Below, piece by piece: positions 9,917 to 19,491 of a stretch of 64,000 nt of DNA; the first letter of the stretch is position 1; every line of letters begins with the position of its first letter. Where the stretch lies: positions 4,960,001 through 5,024,000 of the forward strand of contig CP181291.1 of NCBI GenBank assembly GCA_052279835.1, read 5' to 3'. The translations under genes and the position numbers were made by a program. The notes beneath the pieces were generated by a model. That model saw only the letters and a program-made list of their open reading frames with translations, had not been told where the DNA came from and did no database searches. The DNA is from Microcoleus sp. GTDB taxonomy: Bacteria > Cyanobacteriota > Cyanobacteriia > Cyanobacteriales > Microcoleaceae.

Positions 9917-10459
9917 GTGCATTCTATCCTAATTTGGTCGCTGGCGTTAGCCACTAATCAACCCGGTTTCGCTTTCACACCGCCGATTTTTTGGTTGCTG
10001 CTAGGTGTTGTACTAAGTGCGATCGATCTATTAATCCAAAAAACTCAGCCCCAAAAATACAGGTTTTACCTGCTGATGATGGGAGCGGCTGCTTTAATTT
10101 CATCGTTTATTTTGTGGAGAGGAGCGGTAGCATTTCAGTTTAGTTGGGCGAACGTAATGTATGAAGATTTTGACTGGCAGATATTCTACTGGATGGGGAT
10201 ATCTCTCGCCCTAAGTATCTGGATTCGACCGATTTTCATTGTTCGTAAAAAATTTGTGATTCCCGAAGCAACTGAAGCGACAACAATCTCCGAAATTTCC
10301 CCAGGAGAAACTGGAATGGTGATTTATGAAGGTGCTTCTTGGAAAGCCCGCAATGAAGATTCCCAAGGAATCGCACCCAGACAAAAAGTTTACGTTTTGC
10401 GCCGTGAAGGAAATACGTTGATTGTTGTACCTGACAAATTAATTCACATCAACATATGA
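9917..10459 (+). CDS. NfeD family protein
   Basis: N-terminal TM helices; C-terminal OB fold GMVIYEGASWKAR...VYVLRREGNTLIV; lies next to an SPFH gene. Confidence 0.88.
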   Translation: MHSILIWSLALATNQPGFAFTPPIFWLLLGVVLSAIDLLIQKTQPQKYRFYLLMMGAAALISSFILWRGAVAFQFSWANVMYEDFDWQIFYWMGISLALSIWIRPIFIVRKKFVIPEATEATTISEISPGETGMVIYEGASWKARNEDSQGIAPRQKVYVLRREGNTLIVVPDKLIHINI

Positions 10460-10510
10460 CTCGGCGATTGAAATCGCTTCTACACAAACAAAGTCCGCCT
10501 TCGCGGACTA
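10460..10510. repeat. Dispersed repeat CTCGGCGATTGAAATCGC..TACACAAACAAAGTCCGCCTTCGCGGACT
   Basis: Copies at 61303-61390 (partly duplicated) and a partial copy at 40781-40810; all lie at gene 3' ends. Confidence 0.75.
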
Positions 10511-10553
10511 AGAAATCACTATCAATTGTCAACTATTTACCAGGAGATTCACT

Positions 10554-11114
10554 ATGTATCAGTATTTTTTGATGGTGTTGTTTGCAATCACTGGTGTATC
10601 TTTAGTCAGCAGTGTTAAAATTGTCCGTCAAGGAGATGAAGCCTTAGTTGAGATTTTCGGAAAGTACGATCGCAAAAAACTCGAACCTGGTTTGACATTT
10701 CTGATTCCCTTTGTGGAAACAGTCGCTTATAAACAAACTCTGCGCGAGCAAATGTTAAAATTGCCACCCCAACAATGCGCAACTCGCGATCGCGTTTCTG
10801 TCACCCTTGAATTTATTGTGTACTGGCGAGTTATTGACTTAGAAAAAGCTTCTTACAAGGTGCAGAATCTCAAGGAAGCTATGTTCAATATGCTGATTCT
10901 TTCAATTCGGACTCAGATTGCTAAATTAACTGTCGAGGAACTTTACACGGCTCGCAATTTACTCAATAATGCTTTGGTGGAGGAGTTGGATACAACCACC
11001 GATCCTTGGGGTGTCAAGTTTACGAGGGTGGAATTGCGCGATTTTGCGATCGGCACTAAAGCGATTCAGCCAACATCAATTGACCGTAAAGATATACAAC
11101 ACCTACGAGCTTAG
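10554..11114 (+). CDS. SPFH/stomatin-like (band 7) protein, short form
   Basis: SSVKIVRQGDEALVEIFGKY..LEPGL.FLIPFVE; WGVKFTRVELRD; lacks the usual C-terminal coiled coil. Confidence 0.88.
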   Translation: MYQYFLMVLFAITGVSLVSSVKIVRQGDEALVEIFGKYDRKKLEPGLTFLIPFVETVAYKQTLREQMLKLPPQQCATRDRVSVTLEFIVYWRVIDLEKASYKVQNLKEAMFNMLILSIRTQIAKLTVEELYTARNLLNNALVEELDTTTDPWGVKFTRVELRDFAIGTKAIQPTSIDRKDIQHLRA

Positions 11115-11251
11115 CGATTAGTATTTCCTTGTTTTCCTGGTTTTCAGTATCTGCCCATTCCTGACAATAAACACGCGCTTTCCCAAAGTCCAGCAGGAGT
11201 TTAAACCCCTGCCTCAAAGCGAAAGTCCTCTAAAGAGGACTTAAGCTTGCT

Positions 11252-11300
11252 CTCGTTACCAGGCTCTGCCTGGTAACGCAGATCCAGAGGCTCTGCCTCG
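11252..11300. repeat. Dispersed repeat CTCGTTACCAGGCTCTGCCTGGTAACGCAGATCCAGAGGCTCTGCCTC
   Basis: Same family at 896-944 (inside the oxoprolinase) and at 27123-27367. Confidence 0.8.
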
Positions 11301-11514
11301 CTGAATTTGATTGACATTTTAAGGACTAAAGTTCTGACTACAAACAAAGAAGATAGAAGCTCATGAGTCCACAAAGATTTCAGTTATCTAGCATTCCACT
11401 TTATGGTTATGAATGCTTCTTTTTTTTAATGTACCTCTGAGTAATTTGCGTGCTATATCGCCCCTCATTTATTAATGAGATAATTCTGGAGATACCATCG
11501 GAACCAAAACATAA

Positions 11515-11696
11515 AAAAGTTATGTCAGCGCTGTCTTTCTAGTTCCTGCTAAACAATTCGATCCAAATACCGAGATGCAATCACAACACCCATCTTGTGC
11601 GAAGCTGATTCTCCCGGTACAATTGAACCAGTAGAACCAATTTATCAAAATGGCAAAGTTATTTGCGGTAAAGGCACAACACAAGTGACACAATAA
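11515..11696 (+). pseudogene. C-terminal remnant of a second pilin-like G/H gene
   Basis: KSYVSAVFLVPAKQFDPNT, frameshift, then DAITTPILCEADSPGTIEPVEPIYQNGKVICGKGTTQVTQ*. Aligns with the C-terminus of 6414-7058. Confidence 0.75.
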
Positions 11697-11714
11697 TCAA
11701 CTAAAGGCAAACTC

Positions 11715-14285
11715 ATGACAGTCGATTACCAATATCAAATCGGCGGCAGTCTCCCGCAAGATGCACCTACTTATGTAGTGCGACAAGCTGACTCAGAACT
11801 TTATCAAGCCCTGAAAGCTAGAGAATTTTGCTACGTGCTCAATTCCCGACAAATGGGCAAATCTAGTTTGTTGGTGCGCACCGTACAAAAGCTATCGGCT
11901 GATGGCATTGCTTGTGCTACGATCGACCTTTCGGACATTGGCAACCAGCAAGTCTCTCTCGATAAGTGGTACGGCGGCGTCGCTTACAAACTTTTGTGCA
12001 ATTTTAACCTGTTTAACGCAGTCGAGTTTATGACTTGGTGGCGGGAGAGAGAATTGATGTCGCCAGTCCAACGTTTAGGAGAGTTAATTGAAGAATTATT
12101 GCTGGTAAAAATTTCTCAAAATATTGTCATTTTCATCGATGAAATTGATAGTGTTCTCAGTCTCAAAGAATCGCTAGACGATTTTTTTGCTTTGATTAGA
12201 TCGTGCTATAACAAACGCGCTCACAAATCAGAATATCAGCGCTTAACATTTGCTTTGCTGGGAGTTGCTACGCCATCAGATTTAATGAGTGATGCAACTC
12301 GCACGCCGTTTAATATTGGTCGAGCTATTGAACTTCAGGGTTTTAAGTTACACGAATCTTTGCCTTTAGTCAAGGGGTTTGAGGGTAAACTTGACAATTC
12401 TCAAGAAGTTTTACAAGAGATTTTGGAGTGGACTGGTGGTCAACCCTTTCTGACTCAAAAGTTGTGTAAACTGATAGCTCAAAGGCAGGAAGAAGAACCC
12501 CCCCCCACCCCCCCCAAGGGGGGAAAGAAGAAGAACCCCCCCCTACCCCCCCCAAGGGGGGAAGAAGGAGCAAAATTGTCGATCGGGGAGATAGTGCAAT
12601 CTCAGATTATTGATAATTGGGAAGCTGCTGATGAGCCTGTGCATTTGAAAACAATTGGCGATCGCCTTCTGAGAAATCAGCACCGCGCCAGCAGGTTATT
12701 AGGACTATATCAAAAAATATTGGCACTCTCAGGTCAAGGAGAAATTTGTAGGGGTAGTGCCCCCGTGCCTACCCCTGCCCCCGTGGCCGCCCTGGCTGGG
12801 GGAATCGATGCTGATGATACTCCCGAACAAACTGAATTGCGACTGAGTGGATTAGTGGTAAAACGAGGCGGAAAATTAACAGTTAACAACCGCATTTATG
12901 CTTATATTTTTAACCAGAGTTGGGTAGAAAAAGCCCTAGGCGAGTTGCGCCCTTATGCTGAATCGCTAACAGCATGGATAGTATCAAATTGTCAAGATGA
13001 ATCTCGATTGTTGCGCGGTCAAGCATTGGAAGATGCGCGAGAATGGGCTGCTGGTAAAAGCTTGAGCACCCAAGATTATCAGTTTTTAGCAGCTAGCCAA
13101 GAGGCTGAATTTGCCCAATTGCGCGATCGCGAAGAACAAACTCAAGCAGAAATAGAATTATTGCGTCGGGAAAATCAGTTATTAGAACAACTAACCGCAG
13201 AGCAAAAACTGAGAAAAGCTACTCAACTTAAACTCTGGCGTGAAGAACGACTGAAAGTACAAATTTTCACGGTAAGTTCAGCATTACTGATTTCAATCTT
13301 ACTTGTTGCTTTTTGGATAAAACCATCAATTGAGGAAAGAAACAACAAAATCCTGACTCTCAGTTTGTTTTCCGAAACCCTATTGGCAGCCGACAAAAAA
13401 CCGGAAGCTTTAATAGAAATCCTTCGGGCTGTCAAAGAAATGAGGAGTTCGCTTGGAGTCACTTCCGATGTCCAAATCCGGGTTTTAACCGCACTAGAAC
13501 AAGTAGTTTACAGTTTTAATCAACGGATAATTTTTCAGACTTTAACCACTAAGCTAAGTTTGGTTACTTTCAGCCCGGATAGTAAAATGCTGGCCATACC
13601 TAGCGACGATAACACCATTAAAATTTGGGATATTAACGGCAGTTTAAAAACTATATTAAAAAGCAATAGCGCTCAAATTATCGGCATAAGTTTCAGCGCC
13701 GACAGTCAGAGGCTGATTTCTGTTGGCGAAGATCGTATAGTTAATATTTGGCAAATTGACGGTAAGTTAATTCAAACTTATCCAGGAAGAAATGAGAAAG
13801 TGAGTAATGTAAATAATCAGAGACTGTTGCCGACATTTGTGAGTTTAGAGGGCGCAATGTTTGCCACCGCAAATAAGGATAAAACTGCCAGCATTTGGAG
13901 CAAAGATGGTAAAATGCTGAGTATTTTTAAACATCCCAGCCAAGTTACAAATATTAGTTTTAGTCCCGATCGCCAAATGCTGGTATCGGCGAGTGCAGAC
14001 AAAATGGTGAGACTGTGGAAAATTGATGGTACATTGCTCAAAACTTTAAAGGGACACAAGAGTGCTGTGAATCGTGTCAGTTTTAGTCCCGATGGTCGGG
14101 CGATCGCCAGCGCGAGTGCTGATGGTACGGTGATATTGTGGAATTTGAATGTGGATGATTTGCTGGCGCAGGGTTGCAATTTAACTCGCCATTATGTTCA
14201 GGTTAAGTCTTTGGTTAATGAAAGCGATCGCCACTTATGCGACGGAATTAGCGATCGAGAAAAAGGGCGATCGCCTGAATATTAA
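11715..14285 (+). CDS. AAA_35 (STAND-like) NTPase + coiled coil + TM helix + WD40 repeats
   Basis: YQIGGSL...TYVVRQAD; Walker A NSRQMGKSS; Walker B IFIDEID; TPFNIG; WTGGQPFLTQ; TM SALLISILLVAFWI; WD repeats such as GHKSAVNRVSFSPDGRAIASASADGTVILWN. Confidence 0.9.
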   Translation: MTVDYQYQIGGSLPQDAPTYVVRQADSELYQALKAREFCYVLNSRQMGKSSLLVRTVQKLSADGIACATIDLSDIGNQQVSLDKWYGGVAYKLLCNFNLFNAVEFMTWWRERELMSPVQRLGELIEELLLVKISQNIVIFIDEIDSVLSLKESLDDFFALIRSCYNKRAHKSEYQRLTFALLGVATPSDLMSDATRTPFNIGRAIELQGFKLHESLPLVKGFEGKLDNSQEVLQEILEWTGGQPFLTQKLCKLIAQRQEEEPPPTPPKGGKKKNPPLPPPRGEEGAKLSIGEIVQSQIIDNWEAADEPVHLKTIGDRLLRNQHRASRLLGLYQKILALSGQGEICRGSAPVPTPAPVAALAGGIDADDTPEQTELRLSGLVVKRGGKLTVNNRIYAYIFNQSWVEKALGELRPYAESLTAWIVSNCQDESRLLRGQALEDAREWAAGKSLSTQDYQFLAASQEAEFAQLRDREEQTQAEIELLRRENQLLEQLTAEQKLRKATQLKLWREERLKVQIFTVSSALLISILLVAFWIKPSIEERNNKILTLSLFSETLLAADKKPEALIEILRAVKEMRSSLGVTSDVQIRVLTALEQVVYSFNQRIIFQTLTTKLSLVTFSPDSKMLAIPSDDNTIKIWDINGSLKTILKSNSAQIIGISFSADSQRLISVGEDRIVNIWQIDGKLIQTYPGRNEKVSNVNNQRLLPTFVSLEGAMFATANKDKTASIWSKDGKMLSIFKHPSQVTNISFSPDRQMLVSASADKMVRLWKIDGTLLKTLKGHKSAVNRVSFSPDGRAIASASADGTVILWNLNVDDLLAQGCNLTRHYVQVKSLVNESDRHLCDGISDREKGRSPEY

Positions 14286-14356
14286 TCGATCGCGATAAGT
14301 ACGCCAAAAATAGTTAAACTTGGTAACACATAATCGGTAATAGGTCAGCCCCATCG

Positions 14357-15421
14357 GTGTATTCTATCCTCGAACAAAAGTATCAGCGACTGCAAAAAGA
14401 GTTAATGGGCGGTGTCATCGCCCTTGGCGGCATTTTCTGCACGGGTACTCTCTGGTATTGGCTGGTAGAACAATGGTCCTTACTCGATGCGGCTTACATG
14501 ACCGTATTTACCCTAGCAACAGTGGGCTACGGCGAACTTCATCCCCTCGGTAAACGCGGGCGAATGTTTACCATGTGCCTAATTTTGATGGGCGTTATTG
14601 CTATTGGTTTTATTGTTAACCGCTTTACAGAAGCCCTCATTCAAGGATATTTTCAGGAAGGAGCAAGAATTAGGCAACAACGGCGCTTGGTAGATTCTTT
14701 GATTGGGCATTACATTCTCTGCGGTTTTGGACGCACTGGGCGTCAGATTGCTGTGGAATTTCAGGCAGAAAATATCTCTTTTGTGGTGATAGATTCGGCG
14801 GTGCAGTCGGTTGAGGCAGCTTTGGCCCTGGGATATACGGCGGTGCAAGGGGATGCGACTCTCGATGAAATTTTGCTGAGTGTGGGAGTCGATCGGGCAA
14901 TTTGTATCGTAGCAGCTTTGCCTTCGGATGCTGAGAATTTATACACTGTGCTGTCAGCGAAAACCCTGAACCCTAAGATACGGGCGATCGCCCGCGCCAC
15001 CACAGAAGAAGCAGTACAGAAGTTGCAGCGGGGTGGTGCCGATGCTGTCGTATCCCCCTACATCACTGGGGGAAAGCGGATGGCTGCTGCTGCTTTGCGC
15101 CCTCAAGTTATGGATTTTTTAGACGGTGTTTTAACCGGCACCGAGAGTTCTTTTTACATGGAAGAATTTCTGGTAGATCCCAAGAGTTGTGTCTACGTCG
15201 GACAAACTTTGAGAGATGCCAAATTGCGATCACAATCGGGGGCTTTAGTTTTAGCAGTGCGGCGCGCTAGCGGGACTTTGATTGTCGGGCCAACGGGAGA
15301 AACCGCGATTTGTGGAGGAGATATGCTGATTTGTTTGGGTACTGCGGAACAATTGCGCGTACTCAATCAAATCCTCAGTCCCTTAAAAACTCGTCAGACT
15401 CGCCCACCAAACCACACGTAA
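14357..15421 (+). CDS. Potassium channel protein (2TM + TrkA/RCK domains)
   Basis: TVGYG selectivity filter; LCGFGRTG RCK-N motif; TrkA_C domain. Confidence 0.92.
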   Translation: MYSILEQKYQRLQKELMGGVIALGGIFCTGTLWYWLVEQWSLLDAAYMTVFTLATVGYGELHPLGKRGRMFTMCLILMGVIAIGFIVNRFTEALIQGYFQEGARIRQQRRLVDSLIGHYILCGFGRTGRQIAVEFQAENISFVVIDSAVQSVEAALALGYTAVQGDATLDEILLSVGVDRAICIVAALPSDAENLYTVLSAKTLNPKIRAIARATTEEAVQKLQRGGADAVVSPYITGGKRMAAAALRPQVMDFLDGVLTGTESSFYMEEFLVDPKSCVYVGQTLRDAKLRSQSGALVLAVRRASGTLIVGPTGETAICGGDMLICLGTAEQLRVLNQILSPLKTRQTRPPNHT

Positions 15422-15460
15422 ATCATAGACAAACCATAGACAAGTCCTAGACAAAATAAA

Positions 15461-15490
15461 GGTTCTACAGCTCCTGAATGCTGTAGAACC
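15461..15490 (-). terminator. Hairpin downstream of tRNA-Thr
   Basis: ggttctacagc-8 nt-gctgtagaacc, flanked by an A tract. Confidence 0.55.
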
Positions 15491-15514
15491 CTTGAAAATA
15501 TGTGGTTTGTTGTA

Positions 15515-15586
15515 AGCCGATGGTGGGATTTGAACCCACGACCGTTCGATTACGAATCGAATACTCTACCCCTGAGCTACATCGGC
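15515..15586 (-). tRNA. tRNA-Thr(CGT)
   Basis: GCCGATGTAGCTCAGGGGTAGAGTATTCGATTCGTAATCGAACGGTCGTGGGTTCAAATCCCACCATCGGCT; anticodon CGT; CCA not encoded. Confidence 0.95.
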
Positions 15587-15676
15587 ACAGACAATTAATA
15601 ACCTTAGCACAACCGCCAGACAAAAAGCAATGAGTTGTAGAATTCAAACCCCACAACTCATCACTCAGAACAGCCA

Positions 15677-17464
15677 TCAAACATCCAGTTCGCCGTCAGT
15701 CCCGCCACCTCTGGCACCGGAATAAACTAAACCCCGCTGCATATCCAGCGTCAGCATAGTGCCGTCCCGAATCACCTGGGTGGCATTCTTCACGCCCACC
15801 ATCACCGGTACGCCCAAACGCAAACCAATAATCGCCGCGTGAGAAGTCAAACTTTCTTCCTCCGTCACCACACCTGCTGCTTTCCGAATCATCTCCACAA
15901 ACTCAGCGCTAGTATGGTTGACTACCAAAATGTCTCCTGGGTGGAAATTCGCCACATCCGCAGCAGTGTGAGCTACCCTGGCCATACCGCTGACTGAGCC
16001 TAGCCCCACACCGGTTCCCTTACCCAAAACGGCTGTCACTACCTCAACTTTGATCAAATCCGTTGAACCGGCTACCCCTTGCAGAGTACCGGCAGTCATC
16101 ACTACCAAGTCTCCGTCGGAGAGCAACTCTTTTTCCTGGGCGACATTGATTGCAGATTGAAATGTCTGACCCGTCGAGGGCAAATCTAGCACCAGCAGCG
16201 GTTTTACTCCCCACACCAGTTGCAGTTGTCTCGCCACGTCTACGTGGGGAGTAACTGCCAAAATCGGAGTTTTTGGTCGGAATTTCGACACATTTCGGGC
16301 TGTAGCACCGGTTTTGGTCAGCGTCATAATCGCCGCTGCATTCAATTGTTCGGAAATTTGGCTGACAGCTTGACTGATGCCGTTGGGGATCGATCGACCA
16401 ATATCTTCTACATTCCTAATATTGCCCCTAATTCCTTCTCTCTCGATCCGCACCGCAATTCTTGCCATCGTCGCCACTGCTTCTACCGGGAAGTCCCCCA
16501 CGGCGGTTTCGTTCGAGAGCATCACCGCATCAGTCCCATCGAGAATCGCGTTGGCCACGTCGGAAATTTCCGCGCGGGTGGGACGAGGATTGTGAAGCAT
16601 ACTATCGAGCATCTGGGTAGCGGTAATCACCGGAATTCCCATCCGGTTAGAAGTAGCAATCAGTCGCTTTTGCAAAATCGGCACGTCTTCTGCCGGCAGT
16701 TCTACTCCCAAGTCCCCGCGGGCAACCATCACTCCGTTACACAGGGCCAGAATAGCCTCCATTTGTTCGATCGCCTCGTGCTTTTCGATCTTAGCAATCA
16801 CCGGTACTTGCTTACCCGCACTGGCTATCAGCTCTTTAATTTCGAGCATATCCTGGGGATTCCGCACAAAGCTCAGAGCTACCCAATCGACACCTTGGTC
16901 GAGTCCGAACATTAAATCTTTGCGGTCTTTATCGGTCAGCGCTTTAATTGACAGGTATACTCCCGGAAAATTCACGCCTTTGTTGTTGGAAAGCGGTCCG
17001 CCGACAACAACGCGACAGTACAATTCCCGCGACACCCGGTCTACTTTTTCCACGCGCATTTCCACTTTCCCGTCATCTAGCAGAATCATCGCTCCCTCGG
17101 TCACTTCGTCTGCTAGAGGTTCGTAGGTGACTGAAGAAATCATCTCAGTGCCTGGAACTGGGCGGCTGGTTAAAATGAACGGATCGCCATTTTTGACCAC
17201 AATCGACCCTTTTTCAAAGCGACCTAAGCGAATTTTCGGGCCTTGGAGGTCTTGCAGGATTGCCACCGGCTGATTTAGTTCAAAGGATGTTTGCCGGATT
17301 AAGCGAATGCTCCGTTGGTGGTCTTCTTCTGAGCCGTGAGAAAAGTTGAGTCGCAAAGTTGTCGCACCTGCTTCTATGAGGTTCCGCAGCACTTGTGGAT
17401 CAGAGGTGGCTGGGCCAATGGTGGCGACGATTTTAGTCCGGCGTAAGGCTTTTGGCAGTTGCAT
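15677..17464 (-). CDS. pyk: Pyruvate kinase with C-terminal PEP-utilising (swivel) domain
   Basis: RRTKIVATIGPA, LNFSHG, MVARGDLG, DAVMLSNET; C-terminal SHAAI; likely start at ATG 17464. Confidence 0.97.
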   Translation of the reverse strand: MQLPKALRRTKIVATIGPATSDPQVLRNLIEAGATTLRLNFSHGSEEDHQRSIRLIRQTSFELNQPVAILQDLQGPKIRLGRFEKGSIVVKNGDPFILTSRPVPGTEMISSVTYEPLADEVTEGAMILLDDGKVEMRVEKVDRVSRELYCRVVVGGPLSNNKGVNFPGVYLSIKALTDKDRKDLMFGLDQGVDWVALSFVRNPQDMLEIKELIASAGKQVPVIAKIEKHEAIEQMEAILALCNGVMVARGDLGVELPAEDVPILQKRLIATSNRMGIPVITATQMLDSMLHNPRPTRAEISDVANAILDGTDAVMLSNETAVGDFPVEAVATMARIAVRIEREGIRGNIRNVEDIGRSIPNGISQAVSQISEQLNAAAIMTLTKTGATARNVSKFRPKTPILAVTPHVDVARQLQLVWGVKPLLVLDLPSTGQTFQSAINVAQEKELLSDGDLVVMTAGTLQGVAGSTDLIKVEVVTAVLGKGTGVGLGSVSGMARVAHTAADVANFHPGDILVVNHTSAEFVEMIRKAAGVVTEEESLTSHAAIIGLRLGVPVMVGVKNATQVIRDGTMLTLDMQRGLVYSGARGGGTDGELDV

Positions 17465-17873
17465 GAATTGAGATGGGGTGGCTGGAGGATTTATTGTGTA
17501 ATTTTCGGCTAACGTTTCATCTTTCAGTACAAGCAATGACGCTAGTTGTCTTAATTCTTAAAAATTTTTCGATCGTTTAGACCGCAGGTATTGACCAATA
17601 TATAGAATATCTGACTTTTTACCCATCGGTAATCTTTTCTTTTCGATCGCCAGATCTTCAAAATATTTTTCGTCCACTCCTTGACAAATATACAAATATA
17701 CCCATTTATTTTTTCGTAGTTTGCCAACAGCTTTGTGTGACTGTCCTTTAACTCGGATTTTGTGTACAGGACGGGCGATCGAGATTAGATACACTTATTT
17801 CACAAAACTTTACTATTGGGAGCCTTGTATCTTATACTACGCAAGTGTGAAATATTAAGGAGTGCTAACAAAA

Positions 17874-18764
17874 ATGTCGGAGGCAGGACGGCCGCTGACA
17901 GTGCCGAAAGAGTTTCTGAGTCCTCCAGGTGACTTCAATCCGACGCTGTTGCTATTTTTGAGTGCATTAGCGATTATCGTGATTTCATACTGGGGTTTCT
18001 GGTATGGGGAATGGCCCCAATGGTGCTGTTTTTTCCTGAATGTTCTGGCTTTGCACATGGCTGGAACAGTGATTCACGATGCGTCTCATAATTCAGCGCA
18101 CCGCGATCGCACCATTAACGCTATTTTGGGACACGGTAGCGCCCTGATGTTGGGTTTTGCTTTTCCCGTGTTTACACGGGTACATATGCAGCATCACGCT
18201 CACGTTAACGATCCAGATAACGATCCAGACCATTATGTTTCTACCGGCGGGCCTCTGTGGTTAATTGCTGCGAGGTTTTTTTACCACGAGATTTTCTTCT
18301 TTAAGCGCAAACTGTGGCGAAAAAACGAACTTTGGGAATGGTTTTTCAGCCGTTTATTTGTGATCGGAGTGGTGTATATCTCCATTCAATACGACCATTT
18401 AGGTTACGTGCTGAATTTTTGGTTTTCTCCTGCTTTAGTGGTGGGGTTAGCCTTGGGGTTATTTTTTGATTATTTGCCACACCGTCCATTTCACGAGCGC
18501 GATCGCTGGAAAAATGCCAGAGTATATCCTAGTCCAATTCTAAATATCTTAATTTTGGGTCAGAATTATCACCTGATTCATCACCTGTGGCCTTCAATTC
18601 CTTGGTACAATTACAAGCCAGCCTATGAAGCTGTCAAGCCGCTATTAGATGAAAAAGGTTCTCCTCAAAGTTTGGGAATATTAGAAGGGAAAAAGGACTT
18701 TTGGAGTTTTATATATGACATCTTTTTAGGGATTAGGTTGCATCACAAAAAAGCGTCTGATTGA
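17874..18764 (+). CDS. crtR: Beta-carotene hydroxylase
   Basis: HDASH, HMQHH, DNDPDHYVSTGGPLWLIAARFFYHE, QNYHLIHHLWPSIPWY. Confidence 0.95.
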   Translation: MSEAGRPLTVPKEFLSPPGDFNPTLLLFLSALAIIVISYWGFWYGEWPQWCCFFLNVLALHMAGTVIHDASHNSAHRDRTINAILGHGSALMLGFAFPVFTRVHMQHHAHVNDPDNDPDHYVSTGGPLWLIAARFFYHEIFFFKRKLWRKNELWEWFFSRLFVIGVVYISIQYDHLGYVLNFWFSPALVVGLALGLFFDYLPHRPFHERDRWKNARVYPSPILNILILGQNYHLIHHLWPSIPWYNYKPAYEAVKPLLDEKGSPQSLGILEGKKDFWSFIYDIFLGIRLHHKKASD

Positions 18765-18765
18765 C

Positions 18766-18799
18766 AAAAACCCGGTTTCTCCAAGAAGCCGGGTTTTTT
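18766..18799. terminator. Bidirectional hairpin between convergent crtR and aroH
   Basis: aaaaacccggtttct-cca-agaagccgggttttt. Confidence 0.65.
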
Positions 18800-18873
18800 A
18801 GGTAGAAGCGTCCGTAAGTCTTGTATAAAAAAAATCAACCAGAATGCGATCGCTTCTCTAAGCCAAAAATTTA

Positions 18874-19281
18874 TTATTTCTCCCCAGCCACCGCAACTGC
18901 TAAATTCCAATCCGGCCGCAAATTTTGAGCTCCCCGCAAATAAGGATGATAAATTTCGGTATGTGCTGGCCAATTGACGTGAATTAAAAACCGGATGCAA
19001 CGTTCCAAAGCACCCTGGACATACATCTGCTGCACATCCAATAAGGGAACATTACACCAACGGGGACGTTCGCGGGCGATCGCGGCAGGAAACACAGCAT
19101 CTAAATCACGAGTGACAGAAAACGTAGCACTAATAATTAATTCAGGATCTAAATGATTTCTTGCTTCTAATTCATCTAATAATTCTCTCACCGCATCTCG
19201 AATTGCTTCTACCGAATTGTCGCTGGCAGTAGTTGCCCCGCGAATCGCCCGCACTTGCCATTCCACGCAAATATTCTCCAT
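18874..19281 (-). CDS. aroH: Chorismate mutase, AroH type
   Basis: VRAIRGATT, FSVTRDLDAVFPA, CIRFLIH, HPYLRGAQNLRPD. Confidence 0.95.
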   Translation of the reverse strand: MENICVEWQVRAIRGATTASDNSVEAIRDAVRELLDELEARNHLDPELIISATFSVTRDLDAVFPAAIARERPRWCNVPLLDVQQMYVQGALERCIRFLIHVNWPAHTEIYHPYLRGAQNLRPDWNLAVAVAGEK

Positions 19282-19289
19282 TTTTTTGT

Positions 19290-19480
19290 TATTAGTCTGT
19301 TGGTTATTAGTCATTAGTCATTAGTTATTGGTCATTAGTTATTTGTCATTAGTTATTCGTTAGCTGTTAGGTATTTGCGATCAGCAATCTTGACTTGTTA
19401 GCTAATGACCGCTGACTGCTGACTGCTGACTGCTGACTAATGACTAATGACCGCTGACTGCTGACTAATGACTAATGACC
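19290..19480. repeat. Heptamer STRR tracts (ATTAGTC/GACTAAT/GACTGCT)
   Basis: Tandem 7-mers arranged as inverted halves. Confidence 0.85.
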
Positions 19481-19491
19481 AATTTATTTAA

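Noticed and set aside
15465..15680. 71-aa ORF
   Set aside because: Overlaps tRNA-Thr; spurious.
16220..16915. 231-aa ORF antisense to pyk, and similar antisense ORFs over fni, thrC, the kinase and the AKR
   Set aside because: Antisense shadows of conserved genes, with no recognisable motifs.
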